Shown one piece after another: positions 19,115 to 24,000 of a DNA stretch of 24,000 bases. Made by a program: the position numbers and the translations under genes. The DNA is from Candidatus Phytoplasma tritici (GTDB taxonomy: Bacteria > Bacillota_I > Bacilli_A > Acholeplasmatales > Acholeplasmataceae), in assembly GCF_000495255.1 (NCBI RefSeq), contig NZ_AVAO01000001.1:71522-95521 (forward strand), given 5' to 3'. Below the pieces are notes generated by a model. It saw nothing but the letters and a program-made list of their open reading frames with translations. It had not been told where the DNA came from and did no database searches. Each line of letters starts with the position of its first letter. The first letter of the stretch is position 1.

Positions 19115-19319
19115 AAACTTATCCATATAATGTATAAGCAAAGAAAAATTATATTAATTATTTGGGTTATTTTTGAAATAATAAAGGAATTAAATATTTT
19201 AAATAATTTTATAGAAAGGAATGATTAATGGATATACAACAATTAATAATTAATGTTTTTTAATCTAAAATATTTATTTCTTTAATTTCAATGATTTTTG
19301 TTTTTTTTTAATTTATTAT

Positions 19320-19571
19320 TTTTATTTGTATATTAAAGAATTGAAAAGTAAATATGATTTTAGTGATGAATTACGAGATATAGTGAATCATTATCTTTAA
19401 AAAGGTAGAATTAGTGTTAGTGAAATGGGAAATTATTTAGGTGTATATAGAAAACATGTTGAAACAATGATTAAAGAATTTGGAGAATACGGAAATCTTA
19501 ATTTTTCTGAAGGTATTTTTGATGAAAAAGAAAAAAAGAAAACAATAATAATGATTTATATGAAATTTTAA
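19320..19571 (+). pseudogene. fragment of a helix-turn-helix protein (sigma region-4 / transposase-OrfA-like HTH) with an in-frame stop
   Basis: ...ELKSKYDFSDELRDIVNHYL, then TAA (19398-19400), then KGRISVSEMGNYLGVYRKHVETMIKEFGEYGNL...*. The ISVSEMGNYLGVYRKHVETMIKEF segment has an HTH-like pattern. No credible start codon is present. Confidence 0.35.
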
Positions 19572-19664
19572 TTTTTTAAAATATTTAATTTCTTTTGATT
19601 TTAAAGATTTTTTTTATTTATTATATATTATTTTTTATAGTATTTTTTTACTAAATCATCTTTT

Positions 19665-20090
19665 TTGTTTGGTTTTAATGTTGGTTGGAATAATAATTTT
19701 ATTAATATTTATAATATTATAAAAACTATATTTATTTTTATATGGGAACAATTAACAACTTTAATTTATCATTTAAAATTATTTAACTATTTATTTTTAT
19801 TTTTTATATTAATTATTGAAATTTTTCAATTAATTATGAAAGAATTATTGGTTCTTTTAAAAGAAATACCTAATATATTAGATAATTTAGTATTATTAAC
19901 TTCTGTGGGTGGTTTTACTTCAATCGCTTCTGTAGCAGGATTGACAAGAATTATTTCTATAATGGTTAATGCAGTGCCAGTTGTTACTTCTGCTGTTAAA
20001 GACGTGTCGTCTTTAATAGCAGAAGTAACACAAAGAACTTTAAAAAATAATGTTGATATTCTTTTAAATGTTATTAATTTTTATTTTTAA
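19665..20090 (+). CDS. hypothetical multi-pass membrane protein (first gene of a three-ORF cluster)
   Basis: 141-codon ORF, which is long for DNA this AT-rich. The track start is TTG, and ATG at 19837 is an alternative. The hydrophobic core LLTSVGGFTSIASVAGLTRIISIMVNAVPVVTSAV is locally richer in GC, as real coding sequence tends to be. Confidence 0.45.
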   Translation: MFGFNVGWNNNFINIYNIIKTIFIFIWEQLTTLIYHLKLFNYLFLFFILIIEIFQLIMKELLVLLKEIPNILDNLVLLTSVGGFTSIASVAGLTRIISIMVNAVPVVTSAVKDVSSLIAEVTQRTLKNNVDILLNVINFYF

Positions 20091-20304
20091 TATTGTTGTT
20101 ATTGGTAATAGTTTATTTAAAATTGTTTTAATAATATTAGATATTATTTTAAATGTTTTAAAATTCTTTTTATTTTTATTGAAAAAAGTTATAATAATAT
20201 TGAGTTTTGTTTTATCATTTTTCATTAATTTCCTATATTTATGGGTATTTGAAAGTGATAAAAAAAACGCTTTAATTATTTTTGATAATAGAAAAGAGAT
20301 TTAA
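20068..20304 (+). CDS. hypothetical small membrane protein (78 aa, two predicted TM segments)
   Basis: The ORF overlaps the upstream ORF by 23 nt and ends 2 nt before the next ATG. This spacing suggests translational coupling. It could instead be the frameshifted continuation of 19665-20090. Confidence 0.4.
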   Translation: MLLIFIFNIVVIGNSLFKIVLIILDIILNVLKFFLFLLKKVIIILSFVLSFFINFLYLWVFESDKKNALIIFDNRKEI

Positions 20305-20306
20305 AA

Positions 20307-21218
20307 ATGTCAAGTTTTAGAATAGGCAATAAATATTATAAAATGATTCCCTTTTTAATTACTTCTGGAACATTACTTTTTTTTGTGTTTTGGATAGGTG
20401 GGATTGCTTATAAATGTCATTTAGAAACCGAAGAAAGACGATTTTTATTGGAAGCGAATATTGAGAAAAAAGCTAATGAATTAAACGAACAATTACATAA
20501 AAAAAATGAGGAATTACAATCTGAAATAAATCATTTAAAATCTGTTCCTTATGAATTTATAAGAGAAGATGGAACAAAAGAATATTATAATTTATTTAAT
20601 CATAAATTAGTTAAAAAAATTGATAAAGATGATACAATTTGGGAATATGAACCTAATAACGGTATGTTATTAAAGTCAACTGATAAATACCATACTGTGA
20701 CCATATATGGTTCTCATGGGAAAATGATTAAAAAAACTTTATCAGATGGTGTTTGGATGGAATATAATCCTGTTAATGAAAAATTAATGAAACGTAAAAA
20801 TATTGATAATTACATTGAAGAATTTGATGATAATGAAGAAAAATTTAAAGAAATAGATAAAAATGGTAAAATTAAATTTTTTAAAACCAAACTTTATCAA
20901 AATATTTCAGATTTTAAGAAATTATCTGCTGATATTTCTCAATTAAAAGATTTAGGATTTAGTGCAAAAGAATTAAAAGATGATGGATATACTATTGAGG
21001 ATTTAAGATATGGTGGATATACTACACAAGAATTGAGAGATTCTGGATTTAGTGCAAAAGAATTAAAAGATGCTACTGGATATACTGCATACGGATTAAA
21101 AGATGGTGGATTTACTACAAAAGAATTAAAAGATATTGGATTTACTTTGCAAGAATTAAAAACTGCTGGATTTACTGTGCAAGAATTAAAAGCTGCTGGA
21201 TTTAGTTTGAATAGTTAA
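20307..21218 (+). CDS. membrane-anchored repeat protein: N-terminal TM helix, coiled coil, divergent DUF2963-like units, C-terminal decapeptide array
   Basis: 303 aa. The TM helix is IPFLITSGTLLFFVFWIGGIAY. The coiled-coil stretch is EANIEKKANELNEQLHKKNEELQSEINHLK. The DUF2963-like units include EDGTKEYYNLFNHKLVKKIDKDDTIWEYEPNNG...SDGVWMEYNPVNEKL. Nine repeats of LKxxGF(S/T)xxE fill the C-terminus. Confidence 0.75.
   Translation: MSSFRIGNKYYKMIPFLITSGTLLFFVFWIGGIAYKCHLETEERRFLLEANIEKKANELNEQLHKKNEELQSEINHLKSVPYEFIREDGTKEYYNLFNHKLVKKIDKDDTIWEYEPNNGMLLKSTDKYHTVTIYGSHGKMIKKTLSDGVWMEYNPVNEKLMKRKNIDNYIEEFDDNEEKFKEIDKNGKIKFFKTKLYQNISDFKKLSADISQLKDLGFSAKELKDDGYTIEDLRYGGYTTQELRDSGFSAKELKDATGYTAYGLKDGGFTTKELKDIGFTLQELKTAGFTVQELKAAGFSLNS
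20943..21215 (+). repeat. in-frame tandem repeat with 30-bp period, 9 units (one unit is 33 bp)
   Basis: The units are LKDLGFSAKE / LKDDGYTIED / LRYGGYTTQE / LRDSGFSAKE / LKDATGYTAYG / LKDGGFTTKE / LKDIGFTLQE / LKTAGFTVQE / LKAAGFSLNS. At DNA level, ggatttagtgcaaaagaattaaaagat recurs exactly at 20955 and 21045. Confidence 0.9.
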
Positions 21219-21240
21219 ATAAATTAAATATAAAAGTATT

Positions 21241-21290
21241 CAAAGACGAGCAGAGCGAACTAGGCGGCCAGCCGTTACAACGTTAGAATA
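21241..21290. other. isolated GC-rich non-coding patch
   Basis: The sequence caaagacgagcagagcgaactaggcggccagccgttacaacgttagaata stands out sharply against the AT-rich surroundings. It has no start codon or SD in any frame and lies between the repeat-protein stop and a hairpin. Confidence 0.5.
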
Positions 21291-21310
21291 TCTATTACAC
21301 ACCTCTTATA

Positions 21311-21340
21311 AAGTCCCCTTTAGGGGATTTAGGGAGTTTT
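21311..21340 (+). terminator. hairpin / possible terminator after the repeat-protein gene
   Basis: aagtcccc pairs with ggggattt, an 8-bp stem with one G-U pair. The loop is ttta and agggagttttt follows. Confidence 0.35.
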
Positions 21341-21361
21341 TAATATTATAAAGGAGAACAA

Positions 21362-21843
21362 GATGTCATTTAGATTTATCAAAAGAACACAAAGATATTA
21401 TTAATTCAGATGCTTCTTGCATGTATATACATGGTGTAGCTGGTTCTGGCAAAACTACCATTTTAATTGAAAAATTAAGAAAAAAAGAAAAAGAAAAACC
21501 TTTAATTTTGGTATCTACTAATGCTACTAAATATTATTTATGATAAATTATTTTTATCATTAAAAGAAGATTATTCTTCTTATAATGATGATGAATTAGA
21601 AAAATATTTAAAAGATAATTATGAAATTAGAACATTTTTTCAAAAAGAAAACTGTTATTCATTTATTAAAATTGATAATAAAGTTTTAAAAAATCTTTTG
21701 AATTGTTATTAAATTTGTATTATGAAAAGTTAAATTATTATAATTTAATAACTTTTGATGGTTTATTAATTGAAATTAGTGATTTTATTGAATTTGTTGA
21801 AAGAAATAATGGTTTAATTTATACTATCTTTATGTTTAATTAA
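21362..21843 (+). pseudogene. UvrD/PcrA-like superfamily-1 helicase, N-terminal stump with multiple frameshifts
   Basis: SD aaaggaga precedes ATG 21362, and the frame is lost after about 2 codons. The next frame reads LDLSKEHKDIINSDASCMYIHGVAGSGKTTILIEKL (Walker A). A frameshift occurs in an A8 run (21479-21486). The sequence then reads PLILVSTNATKYYL / YDKLF..., and 21682-21843 reads LYYEKLNYYNLITFDGLL, which resembles the UvrD Y..L...n.lDFDDLL motif. Helicase motif II and everything after it are missing. Confidence 0.55.
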
Positions 21844-22444
21844 TAAAAATAAATGAGTGATTAGTGCACTAACAACAAAAGAAAAACTAACTACTGCTAT
21901 TAAAGATGTAATAACTAGGGCAAAAACAAAACCTAAAAAGAAAAGGTCTGTAATTATAAATGCAAGGATTAAAATACAAATTACAAAAGTATATATTTAT
22001 ATATATATAAATAAATAAATATGAGTTTATAAGTGCAAATATTAAAAAAAACCATAAAAAGAAAAATATGTATTACTTTTTATTGGTTTGTATACTTAAC
22101 ATTTGCTAATCTATTAAAAAACTATCTTTAGAATTTAACATATGTGTGTTTCTAATTAAAGTGTTTGTATTTTTAATACTCTATATTATTAAAACTAGGC
22201 ATTTTTATTCTTATTGTAATTACGTGTTTTTGCTTTTTTTATTTTAGCTTTATAAAATTTGTTAGTTTTCTTAGATTTGTTTTTCTTACTTAGTGGAATT
22301 GGCATTTTAGATGACAATTTATAAATTAAAAAGATAATCATCAAAAAATAATAATGGAATTAAGATAATTTAAATAAATTTTTTCTGGCGTAAGTTTTAT
22401 TATTACGGGTTGAAAAAATTCCAAGATAAAACAAAGTAAAATAA

Positions 22445-22639
22445 TTAATCCATATTTTCACAATACAGTAGAGAAAAAGAAATTTTTAATTTATTTTTTA
22501 AAATAAACTGAATAACATTATTCCCACCAATAGTAGCATTATTTTTCATAATTAAAGTAATTCCTATACTTTGACATAAACTCCACTCAAAATACAAGGA
22601 ACCAAAAAGTATTTTAAAAACACTTGCAAGGCGTAACAT
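22445..22639 (-). CDS. orphan 64-aa ORF with a consensus ribosome-binding site (hypothetical, possibly a gene remnant)
   Basis: On the minus strand, gtttAGGAGGtgatATG. The product is MLRLASVFKILFGSLYFEWSLCQSIGITLIMKNNATIGGNNVIQ.... It shows only a weak positional resemblance to the PlsY N-terminus (LLGS..F......GIDIR..GSGN.GATNV.R). Confidence 0.3.
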   Translation of the reverse strand: MLRLASVFKILFGSLYFEWSLCQSIGITLIMKNNATIGGNNVIQFILKNKLKISFSLLYCENMD

Positions 22640-22698
22640 ATCACCTCCTAAACATTAAACAATCTTTAAATAATAAAATAATTACTTACAAATAAGGA

Positions 22699-22730
22699 AA
22701 AGACCAAACTATATAAATAGTTTGGTCTTT
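22699..22730 (-). terminator. rho-independent-type hairpin downstream of the ABC exporter gene
   Basis: aaagaccaaacta (22699-22711) pairs with tagtttggtcttt (22718-22730), a perfect 13-bp stem. On the minus strand it is followed by a T-rich tail (tccttattt). Confidence 0.55.
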
Positions 22731-22753
22731 ATATTTAATATTAATATTATATC

Positions 22754-24000
22754 TTATTTTTGAAATTGACTTTGATATAGTTTATAATAAAATCCTTTAT
22801 AATTTAATAATTCTTGATGTGTTCCTTGTTCAATAATAGCCCCTCTATTAAGTACTAATATCTTATCAGCATTAACAATAGTAGACAATCTATGAGCAAT
22901 AACAAAAGCAGTTTTATTTTGAATTAACTTTTGAATAGTTTGTTGTAACAAAATTTCAATTCTAGTATCTACATTAGAAGTAGCTTCATCCAAAATTAAT
23001 ATTTTAGGATTACTTAAAATAGTCCTTGCAATAGTAATTAATTGTTTTTCTCCTTGAGACAAATTATCTGCTTCTTCATTAATTTGCATCTGATAACCAT
23101 TAGGCTTAGTATTAATAAAATAATTAACTTGAGCTTGTTTGGCTGCTTGTATTACTTCTTCATCAGTTGCATCTTGTTTACCATATTTAATATTTTGCCA
23201 AATAGTATCTTTAAAAAACCAAGTATCTTGTAATACCATTCCAAAAATAGTTCTTAAATTATCTTTTTTTAACTCACGAATATCAACTCCATCAACTTTA
23301 ATAGACCCTGCATTAATATCATAAAAACGCATTAAAAGATTAATTAAAGTAGATTTACCAGAACCTGTAGGACCTACAATAGCTATGGTTTGTCCTGGCT
23401 TGGCAACAAAATTAATATTCCTTAATAACATATCTCTTTTATTATAACCAAAAGAAACATTTTCAAAAACAACTTCTCCTTGAGGATTAGCGATAACTTG
23501 AGGTTTAAGCACTTCAGGAGCTTCTTCAATTTCATTTAAAAAAGCAAATACTCTTTTAGAAGCAGCATTAGCAGATTGTAATAAAACTGACATATGACCT
23601 ATTTCAATAATGGGGTTGCCTAAACGCCAAACAAATTGTAAAAAACATCTAAAAAGCCCTATTCCAATAACTCCTACTCCTAATTTAGTTAAAAAAAGAG
23701 GTGTATTATGATGGCCTTCAATCAAAAAAAAACCCATCATACTAACTGCAATTAAAGTAAAATGAGTAAACAAACATACAATTGGCGAAGTTAATCCAGA
23801 CAAAAAATTAGATTTAAAAACTAACTTTTCTAAATATTTACTTTGATAACTAAACTCTTTAATAACTGTATTTTGTTGATTATATAAAATAATTTCTTTA
23901 TATCCAGTATATTTTTCTTGTAAAAAACCATGATAATTCCCTGATGCATCAAACCTTTGAATAAATATTTTCTGTGATTTAGTAAACACTTTATAAATAG
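22754..24000 (-). CDS. ABC exporter, fused permease/ATP-binding protein (MdlB/MsbA type); N-terminus lies beyond the window
   Basis: Walker A GPTGSGKST, signature LSQGEKQ, Walker B ILILDEATS and H-loop AHRLST are present. A TMD segment lies upstream of the NBD. The minus-strand frame is still open at nt 24000, and the track start at 23989 is only an internal GTG. Confidence 0.9.
   Translation of the reverse strand, partial: IYKVFTKSQKIFIQRFDASGNYHGFLQEKYTGYKEIILYNQQNTVIKEFSYQSKYLEKLVFKSNFLSGLTSPIVCLFTHFTLIAVSMMGFFLIEGHHNTPLFLTKLGVGVIGIGLFRCFLQFVWRLGNPIIEIGHMSVLLQSANAASKRVFAFLNEIEEAPEVLKPQVIANPQGEVVFENVSFGYNKRDMLLRNINFVAKPGQTIAIVGPTGSGKSTLINLLMRFYDINAGSIKVDGVDIRELKKDNLRTIFGMVLQDTWFFKDTIWQNIKYGKQDATDEEVIQAAKQAQVNYFINTKPNGYQMQINEEADNLSQGEKQLITIARTILSNPKILILDEATSNVDTRIEILLQQTIQKLIQNKTAFVIAHRLSTIVNADKILVLNRGAIIEQGTHQELLNYKGFYYKLYQSQFQK

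Larger units (their letters stand above)
18044..22753. mobile_element. degraded accessory island with potential-mobile-unit-like gene remnants
   Basis: This is the only part of the window dominated by fragments: a DUF2963 pseudogene, an HTH fragment, a UvrD-like helicase stump, tiny membrane ORFs and a GC-rich orphan patch. No intact transposase or replication gene is present, so mobility itself is not demonstrated. Confidence 0.4.

Noticed and set aside
19262-19650. Two similar AT-rich stretches (about 19262-19335 and about 19571-19650) flanking the HTH fragment; possible degenerate direct repeats
   Set aside because: Similarity is about 80% by eye over about 60 nt of very low-complexity A/T sequence. 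I cannot distinguish this from chance without a statistical alignment.
21286-21350. A preQ1-riboswitch-like string (cacacctcttataaag) and a geminivirus/RCR-like nonanucleotide (taatattat) near the GC-rich patch
   Set aside because: The 5' pairing partner (agagg) needed for the preQ1 P1 stem is absent. The nonanucleotide is not the canonical TAATATTAC, is not presented in a stem-loop, and such words are expected by chance in AT-rich DNA.
21845-22020. Minus-strand hydrophobic reading frame (...ILILAFIITDLFFLGFVFALVITSLIAVVSFSFVVSALITH...)
   Set aside because: There is no start codon or RBS, and a stop lies immediately upstream. At best it is another gene fragment, and the evidence is not enough for a feature call.
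22195-22305. Minus-strand 36-aa highly basic ORF (MPIPLSKKNKSKKTNKFYKAKIKKAKTRNYNKNKNA*)
   Set aside because: This is A-rich sequence translated as Lys/Asn. It has no RBS and no recognisable family.
1-24000. Scan for tRNA, rRNA, tmRNA, CRISPR arrays and intact transposases
   Set aside because: I saw no GC-rich cloverleaf-like segments (for example GGTTCGAATCC-type T-arms), no regularly spaced direct repeats with unique spacers, and no DDE or serine/tyrosine recombinase-like ORF. tmRNA is not adjacent to smpB here.

Overview
This is a very AT-rich window, roughly three-quarters A+T by eye, from a reduced Mollicutes-type genome. TGA acts as a stop codon (pth ends ...AAA CTT TGA) and Trp is encoded by TGG (for example EEWGG in infB). 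That means translation table 11, which fits a phytoplasma or Acholeplasma-like organism rather than a Mycoplasma. About 18 kb is an ordinary housekeeping backbone: the cysS 3' end, a long uridine-kinase/PRK-family kinase, thiI, a TrmH/SpoU methyltransferase, ppa, smpB, a DUF2779 nuclease-like protein, the nusA-ylxR-infB-rbfA operon and pth on the + strand, then a CBS-domain hemolysin-like transporter and priA on the - strand. An ABC exporter on the - strand runs off the right edge. Several places depart from this. (1) A 4.7 kb accessory island (about 18.05-22.75 kb) between priA and the ABC exporter is full of broken genes: a DUF2963-repeat gene, an HTH fragment, a UvrD-like helicase stump and mini membrane peptides. 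It also holds an intact, tightly packed three-ORF membrane-protein cluster. The last ORF of that cluster carries nine tandem decapeptide repeats (GF[ST]xxELKxx). A conspicuous GC-rich non-coding patch follows it. (2) A perfect 198-bp tandem duplication copies the 3' end of the hemolysin-like gene together with a 15-bp minisatellite. (3) A heavily frameshifted gene for an N-terminally anchored, Imp-like surface protein lies between two copies of a 19-bp direct repeat. I found no rRNA, tRNA, CRISPR array or intact transposase. All family assignments come from motif recognition by eye; no searches were run.
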